A stretch of 64,000 bases of DNA from a plasmid, in the sequence record CP132210.1. One strand, written 5' to 3'. A model generated the notes under the pieces. That model was not told the DNA's origin, searched no databases, and saw only the letters and a list, made by a program, of their open reading frames with translations. The stretch's first letter is position 1. The number at the start of each line of letters is the position of its first letter. Positions 40,325 to 49,896 of the stretch are shown in pieces. The translations under genes were made by a program, and so were the position numbers.

Positions 40325-40678
40325 ATGAACGCAGTGAAGATGATTCAGAAGGGAAACCAGCTAGAGCTGCCACTTTTCTTCTTGGATGAAGAGCCGAAAA
40401 CCGCAGAAGTAATTCCATTTGAGCCAAAGCCCGCATGGAATGATGATGAGGTAAGGTTGTTACGTGATGGGCTTTTATGGCATAGCCTTAGAGTCCTTGC
40501 TGATGGACGAGCTGGGAGTGAAATCAAGCAGGAAACTATGACTTGGGTGATGTCCGATGAGGTGCATCCATTCTCATTTGTGGTCTGCTGCGATGAAGCC
40601 GGTTACGATCCATCTGGAGTCAGGGAAGGCGTAAAGTCTATCCTAAAACGCTTAGCGCGGATTAAAGCGGGGGGTTAA
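40325..40678 (+). CDS. Hypothetical protein
   Basis: Start ATG 40325 in ORF 40286..40678; 117 aa. Confidence 0.45.
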   Translation: MNAVKMIQKGNQLELPLFFLDEEPKTAEVIPFEPKPAWNDDEVRLLRDGLLWHSLRVLADGRAGSEIKQETMTWVMSDEVHPFSFVVCCDEAGYDPSGVREGVKSILKRLARIKAGG

Positions 40679-40732
40679 CCCCCTGCTTTCCCAGCGACAT
40701 CGACTTTCACATGTGAAAGTTTTGTGCCCCTC

Positions 40733-40800
40733 GGAAAGCAAGATTTTGCTCTCTGACGAGAGTGAAAAGTGAGGTAGCTGGCCTCCCCAAACAAACAGTA
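40733..40800 (+). promoter_or_regulatory. Conserved operon-head regulatory repeat, copy E (diverged)
   Basis: AGATTTTGCTCTCTGACGAGAGTGAAAAGTGAGGTAGCTGGCCTCCCCAAACAAACAGTA. Confidence 0.45.
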
Positions 40801-40870
40801 TTCAACATAACCCTTGGGGATCACCGCCCCTTGGGCAGGTGGTTCCCTGAAAAAACATGGAGCCACAACT

Positions 40871-41215
40871 ATGACTACTCTTGCCAACTTTGCGAACCCG
40901 ATTTCTGTTATTCAACGCTCTCCAACCAGTGGGGTGTTTGGCTCAAATCAGTTCGTAGGAGACAAAGAGGGATTTGTACAAAAGGTGATCGGAAAGTGGT
41001 ACTGCACTCCAGGGAATACCATTCCTGTTGAGAGCATGTCCCACCTGGAGCAGGCGGAGAAACTCTATGACTTCTACGTCAAGTATCTCCAAGTAAAAGA
41101 AAAGACCTCTGTGAACCTTGGCCTGGTGCTGCACAAGCTGTACAGCACCGGTTCTATCCAGGAAGCAGAGATCGCTCTTGAAGCAATAAAAACTCAAGCT
41201 GGCGTCACGGCTTGA
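40871..41215 (+). CDS. Hypothetical protein
   Basis: Start ATG 40871 in ORF 40814..41215; 114 aa. Confidence 0.45.
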   Translation: MTTLANFANPISVIQRSPTSGVFGSNQFVGDKEGFVQKVIGKWYCTPGNTIPVESMSHLEQAEKLYDFYVKYLQVKEKTSVNLGLVLHKLYSTGSIQEAEIALEAIKTQAGVTA

Positions 41216-41291
41216 GCCATCAACCAAACCCAACCGGGTGCATCCGCCCGGTTCGGGACGTGGTGCGCCCCCAAACTATTTGGAGTGCATC

Positions 41292-41594
41292 ATGGAAAAA
41301 CATAACCTCAAATCTGGATTCAGCATCTATTTCGCTGACATCCATTTCGAGAAACAGGTCTACGCATTCGGCTCAGGACTTGGCTTCACCTCTGTGATCT
41401 ACGCCTACTCTCTGGGCCGAGATCCGGAAGAAGCTGAAAAGCTGGCGCTTGAGAAGTACGACTCTGACGAAACGAAGGTAAAAAAGGTACATGTCAATCT
41501 GGCTCGCAGCCAGGACATCAACCGCTACACCTTTCCAGAACAAATGGCTGGCTTTGCTAATGCCATTCAGTCTCACGGCGCGGCTGTGAACTGA
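41292..41594 (+). CDS. Hypothetical protein
   Basis: Start ATG 41292 in ORF 41238..41594; preceded by a copy of the CCAACCGGG...CCCGGTTCGGGACGTGGTGCGCC hairpin. Confidence 0.45.
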   Translation: MEKHNLKSGFSIYFADIHFEKQVYAFGSGLGFTSVIYAYSLGRDPEEAEKLALEKYDSDETKVKKVHVNLARSQDINRYTFPEQMAGFANAIQSHGAAVN

Positions 41595-41671
41595 GAACCA
41601 CTTTAAACCCATCGGGGCCATTACTTCCCGATTGGGACGGTAGTGGCCTCTCAACCGAAAGGAGAGAGTTC

Positions 41672-43297
41672 ATGGCTACTATCGTAAACACCAAGTTAGG
41701 AGAACATCGAGGCAAGAAGCGCGTCTGGCTGGAAGGCCAAAAGCTGCTGCGTGAGGGGTACTATCCTGGCATGAAGTACGATCTGGAGTTGAAAGATTCC
41801 CAGGTTGTGCTTCGCGTCAAAGAGGAAGGTAAATTCACAATCAGTAAGCGTGAGCGCAATGGCCGAGTGTCTCCAATCATCGATCTGACCGCGCAAGAGC
41901 TCGCTACCGTTTTTGACGGTGTTGAGATGCTCCGCGTGTTCATTCGGAATGGCGCAATTGTAATCTCCGCTCATCATCAACAAGAGCGAGTGATCGAGCG
42001 CGTCAACCGGCTTATCAGCAAGCTGGAGAATGGAGAATCGCTTTCGGTATGCAGCCTCTTTCATGGGGGTGGGGTGCTTGATAAAGCGATTCACGCCGGT
42101 TTTCACAAATCGGGAATTGCCAGCGCCATATCAGTGGCCGTAGAGATGGAGGGTAAATACCTCGATTCGTCTTTGGCAAATAACCCGGAGCTTTGGAACG
42201 AAGATTCAATTGTTATCGAATCGCCAATCCAGGCTGTGAATCTCAGCAAGCGGCCACCGCAGGTGGATGTTTTGATGGGGGGGATACCATGTACTGGCGC
42301 ATCAAAGTCAGGTCGCAGTAAGAACAAATTGGAGTTTGCCGAATCGCATGAGGAGGCCGGGTCCATGTTCTTTAACTTCCTGCAATTCGTAGAAGCGCTT
42401 AACCCAGCCGTTGTGCTGATTGAGAACGTGCCTGAGTACCAGAACACTGCTTCGATGGAAGTGATCCGTTCGGTACTCTCTTCGTTGGGTTACTCCCTAC
42501 AAGAGCGCATTCTCGACGGCAATGAGTTTGGGGTGATTGAACGCCGCAAGCGTCTTTGTGTTGTTGCGCTTTCCCACGGGATCGACGGTTTTGAACTTGA
42601 AAAGGTTCAGCCTGTTCGTACCAAGGAAAGCCGCATCCAGGACATTCTTGAGCCGGTGCCGCTCGATTCTGAACGTTGGAAGTCATTTGACTATCTGGCT
42701 GAGAAGGAGTTGAGAGACAAAGCTGCTGGCAAGGGATTTTCTCGTCAGCTTCTGACTGGCGACGATGAGTTTTGCGGCACCATAGGGAAGGACTATGCAA
42801 AATGCAGAAGTACCGAACCTTTCATTGTTCATCCGGAACAGCCTGAGTTATCTCGCATTTTTACACCGACAGAACATTGTCGAGTGAAAGGGATACCTGA
42901 GGAACTCATCCAAGGTCTGTCGGACACCGTAGCTCATCAGATTCTCGGGCAATCGGTAGTCTTTCCCGCGTTCGAGGCTTTAGCCCTCGCATTAGGGAAC
43001 AGTCTTTGGAGCTGGGTGGGAATGATGCCAATCATGGTCGAAGTCGTGGATGAATCACAGCCGGTGATCGGTGGTGATGACTTCCATTGGGCAACGGCAT
43101 TGGTTGACGCAAAGGGCACGCTAAAGCTGTCACCGGCAGCTCAAAAACAGGGGATGCCCTTCAACATTATGGACGGTCAATTGGCTGTCTATTCACCTAA
43201 CGGAACCCAAAAGAGCTGCGGCCATAAGCCTTGCGAATATCTTCCGGTAATGATGTCCGGAGACGCAATCATGGTCACTTCATCTTTGGTTCATTAG
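41672..43297 (+). CDS. Orphan DNA cytosine-5 methyltransferase with extra N- and C-terminal domains
   Basis: Motif I LFHGGGVLD, PC motif GGIPCTGASKSG, ENV motif LIENVPE; 541 aa. Confidence 0.75.
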   Translation: MATIVNTKLGEHRGKKRVWLEGQKLLREGYYPGMKYDLELKDSQVVLRVKEEGKFTISKRERNGRVSPIIDLTAQELATVFDGVEMLRVFIRNGAIVISAHHQQERVIERVNRLISKLENGESLSVCSLFHGGGVLDKAIHAGFHKSGIASAISVAVEMEGKYLDSSLANNPELWNEDSIVIESPIQAVNLSKRPPQVDVLMGGIPCTGASKSGRSKNKLEFAESHEEAGSMFFNFLQFVEALNPAVVLIENVPEYQNTASMEVIRSVLSSLGYSLQERILDGNEFGVIERRKRLCVVALSHGIDGFELEKVQPVRTKESRIQDILEPVPLDSERWKSFDYLAEKELRDKAAGKGFSRQLLTGDDEFCGTIGKDYAKCRSTEPFIVHPEQPELSRIFTPTEHCRVKGIPEELIQGLSDTVAHQILGQSVVFPAFEALALALGNSLWSWVGMMPIMVEVVDESQPVIGGDDFHWATALVDAKGTLKLSPAAQKQGMPFNIMDGQLAVYSPNGTQKSCGHKPCEYLPVMMSGDAIMVTSSLVH

Positions 43298-43357
43298 TAA
43301 CACTCCGGGGCAATGCCGAAAGGCCTTTGCCCCGGCCTATCCGAAAGGGGAGTGATC

Positions 43358-43789
43358 ATGAAAATCGAAACTGTTGTGCCTTTACCTCCCGAGGATTCAG
43401 GCCTTCAACACTGCATTGTCAGGTTCCATAACCGCAATATGGATTCCAAGCGAAAAGACACAGCCCGTTTTTTCAGGAGGGAGCCGGTTATGATCGTAAA
43501 TCCAGAGACCAAAGCAAAGGTTCTCCGATATGCGATGGGCAACCCAGGGAATTTATCCATCACCAAGCTGGCGGTCGCGCTGGATTACGATGCGGTTGAT
43601 GTCCTGGGGGTTCGTTTTAAAGACACTGTAAATCTTGAGGTTCGCAGAGCCAGGCGCTGGGAAGTCTGGCAGTGGTTCTGGAACCATCCGGATCAAAGTG
43701 TTCAACTGTCAATCAAACTGGGCGTGGTTGGCGCTGTGTTAGGAGTCATGGGCTTCTTGACCGGCGTAGCCCCGTTTCTCTTGGGATAA
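43358..43789 (+). CDS. Hypothetical protein with C-terminal TM helix
   Basis: Start ATG 43358 in ORF 43313..43789. Confidence 0.45.
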   Translation: MKIETVVPLPPEDSGLQHCIVRFHNRNMDSKRKDTARFFRREPVMIVNPETKAKVLRYAMGNPGNLSITKLAVALDYDAVDVLGVRFKDTVNLEVRRARRWEVWQWFWNHPDQSVQLSIKLGVVGAVLGVMGFLTGVAPFLLG

Positions 43790-43861
43790 ACCAATAAGCC
43801 GTTAACGGGCAATGTAAGCCCGGAGACGGCTTACATTGCTCTCTCGTAAGTGGAGAGTTAA

Positions 43862-44416
43862 ATGAACACATTAGAACAACTTGTAAATCAGAGGGTGCTT
43901 GAGGAAGGCCTGAAAAAGGCGAAGCCATTGGCCGCGCAAATGGGGCTTGAATCAGTGCCTGATGAGATGCTTGAGATGATCTGCCCGAACTTGAACTACT
44001 CTGGGCAATTTACGCCAGCTCTTTACGCAAGGTTCCAAAGCGTAAAGCAATTGCTGAAAGAGCTGTCGGAACAAACCTCACCTAAGCACGGGCATATTGT
44101 AAAGTTTACCAACCAATATGGGAGCTACGATGAGTCAGCTTTGCTGTTCAAAGAGGGCGATGTCAGAAACCAGAACTTGGTTGCTTGTGTGGGCGGGAAA
44201 ACGCTAAACCTCGGAGAGCTAGAGCTTCAAGATTACGGGCTCAATATGCACATCGGTTGCGGTGGGCCATTTGAGCCGGTCTCAGAAGCGCAGATTCAGT
44301 CTTTGTCTGAGTTTGACCTCTATGAGACGACTTACAGGTTCTGGGGCCAGAGTCCATGTGGAAACGGAATGTTAGACATCACCGTACCTATGAAGCGCTG
44401 GTTCTTGACTGTGTAG
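43862..44416 (+). CDS. Hypothetical protein
   Basis: 184 aa; upstream AATGTAAGCC-cggagac-GGCTTACATT hairpin and SD hairpin. Confidence 0.45.
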   Translation: MNTLEQLVNQRVLEEGLKKAKPLAAQMGLESVPDEMLEMICPNLNYSGQFTPALYARFQSVKQLLKELSEQTSPKHGHIVKFTNQYGSYDESALLFKEGDVRNQNLVACVGGKTLNLGELELQDYGLNMHIGCGGPFEPVSEAQIQSLSEFDLYETTYRFWGQSPCGNGMLDITVPMKRWFLTV

Positions 44417-44547
44417 ATTCAATCTGAGTGCGCCGAGAAATCGGCGTACCGTTCCCTTGAGAAGGGTAATCGGCGCAGGGGGAAACCCCGCGCTTTCCCA
44501 AGTTTCTCGGATTCCCAGGATGCTTCGGAAAGTGCCTTAGGCGCTCA

Positions 44548-44590
44548 AGTGCGGTAGCTGGCTGCCAAAAACAAACAGCAAATTATCAAC
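44548..44590 (+). promoter_or_regulatory. Conserved operon-head regulatory repeat, copy F
   Basis: GTGCGGTAGCTGGCTGCCAAAAACAAACAGCAAATTATCAAC. Confidence 0.45.
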
Positions 44591-44648
44591 CCTGACGGGA
44601 GCACCTCCTGTTAGGGGGTCTCCGTCATAAACTGAATGGAGATATAGC

Positions 44649-45035
44649 ATGTCTAAAAACGTCAATGATGTTTTTTCAAACCGATCTTCCTTGGAGTGTA
44701 CTGTGAATGCAGCGCTGGACCGTCGTATTGGTCTGCGTGTCGGGTTCCCTCATTACCGAGAAGGAGCAAACGGTGTGGTTTGTGAGATCGAAGCAGAGTA
44801 CCCATTGCTGAACACTCATTCGGGTGTTGTATGGACTCAGCTCGATGAACTCAACAGTTACACCATCAAAAAAAACCAATCACTCATTGATCACATTGAT
44901 AATGCGATCGCTGAACTGTTGAAACACAAGGCTCGTCTACAGCTTGATATTCAAAAGCTGCGAGACGGTGACATTGATCTGGTGAAACAGGCCAAGCAGC
45001 AATACGAAGACAACCAGATGTCGAGTACCCGCTAG
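44649..45035 (+). CDS. Hypothetical protein
   Basis: 128 aa. Confidence 0.45.
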   Translation: MSKNVNDVFSNRSSLECTVNAALDRRIGLRVGFPHYREGANGVVCEIEAEYPLLNTHSGVVWTQLDELNSYTIKKNQSLIDHIDNAIAELLKHKARLQLDIQKLRDGDIDLVKQAKQQYEDNQMSSTR

Positions 45036-45120
45036 TAAGGTCTGATAGCCAGATTCAATTTTAACCCTACCGGGGTGCTTTCCCGGAAGGGATGGGCACC
45101 CTGCTTATCCAGGAGGCCCT

Positions 45121-47574
45121 ATGCAACAAGCATTAAACTTTGACCTACCAGAACAACCAACCCCAGTGCTCTTGCGAGGGGATAAGTGGGACTCTGTTTG
45201 GTCAGAACTGACTGATAACGAGGATTTGAACTTCGTTGATGCCAGTAGAGGAACCAGCTTGTCATCGTTGATCACGTCATCGGTTGAAGCCATTCACACG
45301 GCCTTGAACGATGGGTGGACCATGATGGTCGGCTATTCCAGTGGTAAGGATTCTGAAACGGTTTTGCATCTGTTTCTGATGGCTCTTGTCCGGGCGGTTA
45401 GGAGTGGAGCAACCATCAGCCAACACCACTTCATCTTGCACACTGACACACTGATAGAAAGCCCAGAAGTAAGATGGCTGGCGGATCAGAAACTGGCCGA
45501 GTTGGAGCGTTTCATTGTGAAGGAAAACCTTCCTCTGACCATCGTTCTGGCAAAGCCGGGGATCACGCAGAGTTGGACGGGCCGAATCCTTACGGGGAGG
45601 GGGTTGCCTACATTTTCCAACTCTTCGGCCCGTCAGTGTAGCCAAGAACTCAAAATCACCTCAGCCAAAAGAGCGAAGGCGGCTTATATGCGAGAACTCC
45701 CCAAGGATGTTCGGCAGAAAGTGTGCCTCCTGTTGGGGAGCCGTGATGCTGAAAGCGCTATTCGTGCAGCCAACATTGCAAAGCAGCGAGGAAGCTCAAA
45801 TCGCGTCATTAAGACGAAAGATGGGGGGGAGCTGTATGTGGTGAAAAACTGGTTGGCGAGTGATGTCTGGGAGTTCTTGCTATCTGCTGGCATGGGCTCA
45901 CCATACCCCCTGCCAAGTTACCTAGAGAGCAATGTCACTACGGCAGAGCTCTACAAGGCAGCGACGGGGGAGTGCGTGTGGTCGGCAACAGAGAAAAAGG
46001 CCAGTGATGCGTGTGGTGCTCGCTTCGGTTGCTGGGCCTGCCAAGCTGTAGGGTTGGATAAGTCGATGGAGACATTGCTTGCCACAGACCCTGAAAGGCA
46101 TGGCTACATGTCTGGGCTGAACCGCATCCAGCGCTACCTGGCAAAACGCCGGTACGCTTGGGAAGATCGCCATCCCGTAGGTCGAACGATTTATGAGGGG
46201 GGTTACATCAAAATACAGCCGGACGTTTACAGTCCTGTTTTCCTTGAGCGATTGCTTCATGTCTGTTGCAGCATGGACTACATGGAGCAAAAAAGAGCTG
46301 ATGAGCTTGCTTACAAGCTGGCTACTGGGCAAGCCGAGGATAACGACTGGAACCGTCGAATGGCAGAGCCGCAATTCCGGATCATATCGGAAGAAGCTTT
46401 AGTCCATATCGACTTCATGTGGGCCTTCCATCATTTCAATGATAAGCCTTTCCATGCCCTGGAGATTTACCACAGGGTTTGGTCGATGGGTGATCTGGAT
46501 TTGCTGGAAGATGAGCCGCAGTGCGAAACCGTTCCTCAGTCACCAATTCCGAAACCATTGTGGTTGAGAGTTGGGCGCTGGGGCGATGGTTCGCTGTCTG
46601 ATGGCTTGGCCGACCCGTTAGCGGAAATGGCTTACTTTGACGGCGGGGATGACCCGTTGGCAGTGAAAGTTATCAATACCGCAGATGGAAAGAGAAGGGT
46701 GGTTTGTTTCGCAGAGGATGATGAGGTGAAGGTCGATCCCGACTCCGCTGCATTCATCATCTGGAATGAATACCCGCGACTTAGGGAGTCGGTACTAAAG
46801 GGAAATTATACGCCCGGTAGTGCTGCTCAGTTCTACCTTCGGTTCGGAGCCATCCAGCTTGCGAAAGGAAAAGGCGCTTTGTATCACCGCATGATGCAAA
46901 GAGGTCAAACCTACCACCAGATGGGCCTTACAGGGCTACAGACGATGGAAGGAATCCAACAGCGCAAGGACCTCAAAGTGCTTTGTGATGACAAGTACAA
47001 AGATCTGGTGAAGCGAAAAATCAAGGGAAGACTGGCTACGGTACGCTGGTGGATCAACTTGCACTTAACGTTCAAGTACCACCTGCACCACCGGACTCCG
47101 ACGGGGTTATTCGTCGAGAGGCAACTTGACCAGGAAGCAATGGAAGAGCAGAAACGGCACCAGGAGCGATGGTTTAACTACGTGACTGACGCGATGCTCT
47201 GTTACTCCAGCGCATTCTGTATGAGCGTCATGGAGGGGCGAGAGGGAAGCGGAAACGCCAACATCCGTCGTTACATGGCTGCGACCAGAAGAAAGGCTTA
47301 TACGGCCCTCTGTGAGCTCCTACGCCACACTAACGCCCTCTGGGCGACAGATGTGGCCTTGAGTGCTGTAGGGAAGTATGAGGAGATACAGGCAGCCCTA
47401 ACCGAAGGTTCCGCGCTGGCTACCTACCTCGACTGGATCAACCTACTATCAAAACGTCATCCAGCCTCTTTGAAGCGACATGTCAGAACGATGATCAAAG
47501 TGGTTCAACGACTACATCGCCGCGACGACACAATGTTGCAAAGAGGACAGCAAGGCTTGTCCTTGGCCGCATAA
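45121..47574 (+). CDS. PAPS-reductase-like PP-loop family protein (DndC-like), large
   Basis: 817 aa; PP-loop GYSSGKDSETVLH near N-terminus; long C-terminal extension. Confidence 0.55.
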   Translation: MQQALNFDLPEQPTPVLLRGDKWDSVWSELTDNEDLNFVDASRGTSLSSLITSSVEAIHTALNDGWTMMVGYSSGKDSETVLHLFLMALVRAVRSGATISQHHFILHTDTLIESPEVRWLADQKLAELERFIVKENLPLTIVLAKPGITQSWTGRILTGRGLPTFSNSSARQCSQELKITSAKRAKAAYMRELPKDVRQKVCLLLGSRDAESAIRAANIAKQRGSSNRVIKTKDGGELYVVKNWLASDVWEFLLSAGMGSPYPLPSYLESNVTTAELYKAATGECVWSATEKKASDACGARFGCWACQAVGLDKSMETLLATDPERHGYMSGLNRIQRYLAKRRYAWEDRHPVGRTIYEGGYIKIQPDVYSPVFLERLLHVCCSMDYMEQKRADELAYKLATGQAEDNDWNRRMAEPQFRIISEEALVHIDFMWAFHHFNDKPFHALEIYHRVWSMGDLDLLEDEPQCETVPQSPIPKPLWLRVGRWGDGSLSDGLADPLAEMAYFDGGDDPLAVKVINTADGKRRVVCFAEDDEVKVDPDSAAFIIWNEYPRLRESVLKGNYTPGSAAQFYLRFGAIQLAKGKGALYHRMMQRGQTYHQMGLTGLQTMEGIQQRKDLKVLCDDKYKDLVKRKIKGRLATVRWWINLHLTFKYHLHHRTPTGLFVERQLDQEAMEEQKRHQERWFNYVTDAMLCYSSAFCMSVMEGREGSGNANIRRYMAATRRKAYTALCELLRHTNALWATDVALSAVGKYEEIQAALTEGSALATYLDWINLLSKRHPASLKRHVRTMIKVVQRLHRRDDTMLQRGQQGLSLAA

Positions 47575-47575
47575 A

Positions 47576-47605
47576 AGGCCCTCCTTCGGGAGGGCTTTTT
47601 CTTTT
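47576..47605 (+). terminator. Rho-independent terminator
   Basis: AAGGCCCTCC-TTCG-GGAGGGCTT stem then TTTTCTTTT. Confidence 0.8.
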
Positions 47606-47687
47606 GCACCCCAAAAGGGCAATTACAGCGTTTTACCCTTTTAAGGTGGCTGTCATACTCTTTGCTCATTGTCAGCGCTTGCTGGCT

Positions 47688-47725
47688 ATAACGGTAGCTG
47701 GCCCAAAACAGCAATAACCTAACCC
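47688..47725 (+). promoter_or_regulatory. Conserved operon-head regulatory repeat, copy G (diverged)
   Basis: GGCTATAACGGTAGCTGGCCCAAAACAGCAATAACC; whole 47608-47730 region parallels 26468-26620. Confidence 0.45.
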
Positions 47726-47775
47726 CTCGGGAGGCAACCCTCCTGGGTTCTCTCCCATAACCAAAGGAGAGAAGC

Positions 47776-47979
47776 ATGAGCCTAGACAAGTTAAGTCGGC
47801 TGGTGGACCAACAGCGAAAGACCCAGGATGAAATCAACAACGAAGTCATTCTGGCCGTCAAAGAGGTGTTGTCTACAAATTCCATCAGCTTGGCCCGTGA
47901 GCTTGTTGGGTGTGTCCCGCAAGATCATCCATTCCATCCGTTTTTGCTCGCCATAGCTAAGCAGCTTGACCCGAGATAA
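47776..47979 (+). CDS. Hypothetical 67-aa protein
   Basis: AAAGGAGAGAAG RBS. Confidence 0.4.
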   Translation: MSLDKLSRLVDQQRKTQDEINNEVILAVKEVLSTNSISLARELVGCVPQDHPFHPFLLAIAKQLDPR

Positions 47980-48050
47980 CGAAGTAACCCAACCGGGTAC
48001 ACCAAGGCCCGGTCGGGTTTGGTGTACCTCCAGCCAATTTAGGAGGCACT

Positions 48051-48656
48051 ATGTCTGATTCAAATTTCGGCTTTCTAGCTCTGGCCTTGCGCCAACGCCT
48101 GATCAAGCGCTGGTCGCTGATGCACTCTGTTCAACCAGAGTCTGTGTTGGAGCACAGCGCTGTTGTTACCTTGCTTTCCTACCTGGCTGGCAATATCGCC
48201 ATTCAGCAAGGGAAGTCGGTGGATCTGGCAATCATGCTGGCTCATGCGTCGTTGCATGATGCAGCCGAGGTTCTTTGTTCGGATGTTGTCACGCCGGTCA
48301 AGAAAGCAAATGCTGTTTTGCAGCGTGAGTTTGAACGACTGGAAAAGGCCGCAGAGGACAAACTTATCCAGACTCTTCCCGAAGAACTCCAGGATGCAGT
48401 TTCCAGAGCCTTTGCTCCCGGTGGCTATGAACAATCACTGGTTAAGGCCTGTGATACCTACTCCGCTTACATCAAGTGCAAACTTGAGGTGGCCGCAGGT
48501 AATGGCATTGAGTTCCAAGATGCTCTCAGCAAAATGGAACGTATTGTTGCTCAGGTGAAATTGGACTTCCCGGAAATCGACGCTCTGGACAAATGGTTTG
48601 GTGACGGACTGGGCCATTCAGTAGATAAATTGCTGGCCGGGGGTAACGATGACTAA
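48051..48656 (+). CDS. yfbR: YfbR-like HD-domain 5'-deoxynucleotidase
   Basis: LIKRWSLMHSVQPESVLEHSAVV, HDAAEVLCSDVVTPVK and KACDTYSAYIKCKLEVAAGN match YfbR conserved blocks incl. HD motif. Confidence 0.75.
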   Translation: MSDSNFGFLALALRQRLIKRWSLMHSVQPESVLEHSAVVTLLSYLAGNIAIQQGKSVDLAIMLAHASLHDAAEVLCSDVVTPVKKANAVLQREFERLEKAAEDKLIQTLPEELQDAVSRAFAPGGYEQSLVKACDTYSAYIKCKLEVAAGNGIEFQDALSKMERIVAQVKLDFPEIDALDKWFGDGLGHSVDKLLAGGNDD

Positions 48657-48921
48657 TCCAATCGCTGGCGACATCAAGATTAAGAACTTTGGCCGTGACC
48701 GGAAATTTCGTTCGGTTGATGAGCTTCAAGGCACTTTGTCTGAACAGTACAAAGGTCAGCATGTCAGTGTCGTTTACCCTACAAAGCCTCACGGATTACT
48801 CCGTACCGTCTTTGTCAGTGTTGATGATGCCGGTGGCATAAATGAGACTTACGGAAAGCAGTCTCCAGTCGATTTTAATGCCATCAAAGATGACCTGTTT
48901 GTACCAAGTGTACTGAATTAA
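48649..48921 (+). CDS. Hypothetical protein
   Basis: 90 aa; start overlaps yfbR-like stop. Confidence 0.45.
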   Translation: MTNPIAGDIKIKNFGRDRKFRSVDELQGTLSEQYKGQHVSVVYPTKPHGLLRTVFVSVDDAGGINETYGKQSPVDFNAIKDDLFVPSVLN

Positions 48922-49000
48922 GCCGCAAGGCTTCTTAACCCCACGGGGGACATCTGTCCCTGAGGGGGGGGTGTCTCCCTCTGAAACTAAGGAGATACCA

Positions 49001-49861
49001 ATGATTAAGCAGCATTTTCAAAACGAACTGGTCAAATGCGGATACCCTGATGACCTGACCATTGAGTACCGTCTTGGGTACTGTCAGGGTGATGGAGTGG
49101 CATTCTACGGATGTTTGGGTGTTGATAATGCTCAGGCGTTGATGAAGCGCTTGTTAAGCACCACAAAGGGGCAAGTAGATGCTGTCAGCAGAGTGAAAAA
49201 CCTGATAGCACAAAAAGACATTGACAATATGTTTCTTGTCCTTCGTGAGTATGCTGAGCTCCAGTTCTGCGAACTGGACATCAACAGAAACAGCTACGGC
49301 CATCATTACAGTCACTGGAACACCATGCGTATTGATAGCAACGTAGACTTCACTGGGATCTTTCCTGATGATGACACCATGCTTGGAACAGGCATCGAAG
49401 GGATTGACCAAGCGATGTTAGAGCGTTGGCAAGGCATCTGGGAGCGTTTCGTGTTGGAACTGTCGGGTGATGTTAAACAGCTTTCCAAGAAGCTCGAATC
49501 CGACGGTTATGCGTTGATAGAAGCCTCGCCACACGAAGAGAAAGTGGTTTGGGAACGGACTACTCAAAATTACTTGGTGCGAGTGACAGAACTCCCTGAA
49601 CGGGATTTCGACATGGACCACTGGGATGACGACATCAGAGACCAAACGATTCGTTCTATCCTGGAGGGAAAAGAGCGAGTGCTTGGCCTACGTGTTGAGG
49701 TGCTCTCTCGTGAAAACGAGATTGTTCTGGGTGAAGAGAGTCTGCACGGTTTGACCGTTGCCAGTGATGACAAGAGCTACGCTGGCTACAGACGAGAACT
49801 CCTCCGGGGCGCTATCCAGCAAACCAGAGATTTTTTCTCTCGCCACCTCAAAGCGGCATAA
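49001..49861 (+). CDS. Hypothetical protein
   Basis: Start ATG 49001 in ORF 48971..49861; 286 aa. Confidence 0.5.
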   Translation: MIKQHFQNELVKCGYPDDLTIEYRLGYCQGDGVAFYGCLGVDNAQALMKRLLSTTKGQVDAVSRVKNLIAQKDIDNMFLVLREYAELQFCELDINRNSYGHHYSHWNTMRIDSNVDFTGIFPDDDTMLGTGIEGIDQAMLERWQGIWERFVLELSGDVKQLSKKLESDGYALIEASPHEEKVVWERTTQNYLVRVTELPERDFDMDHWDDDIRDQTIRSILEGKERVLGLRVEVLSRENEIVLGEESLHGLTVASDDKSYAGYRRELLRGAIQQTRDFFSRHLKAA

Positions 49862-49896
49862 CAAAGCAGGGGGAAACCCCTGCTTTACTCCCCAAG

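Noticed and set aside
4268-47640. TGGGCAG/TGGACAG ... GC motif as a sigma-54 (-24/-12) promoter
   Set aside because: The GG-to-GC spacing is one nucleotide short of the strict TGGCAC-N5-TTGC geometry in every copy, so an RpoN promoter is not supported. Kept only as a conserved motif of unknown function.
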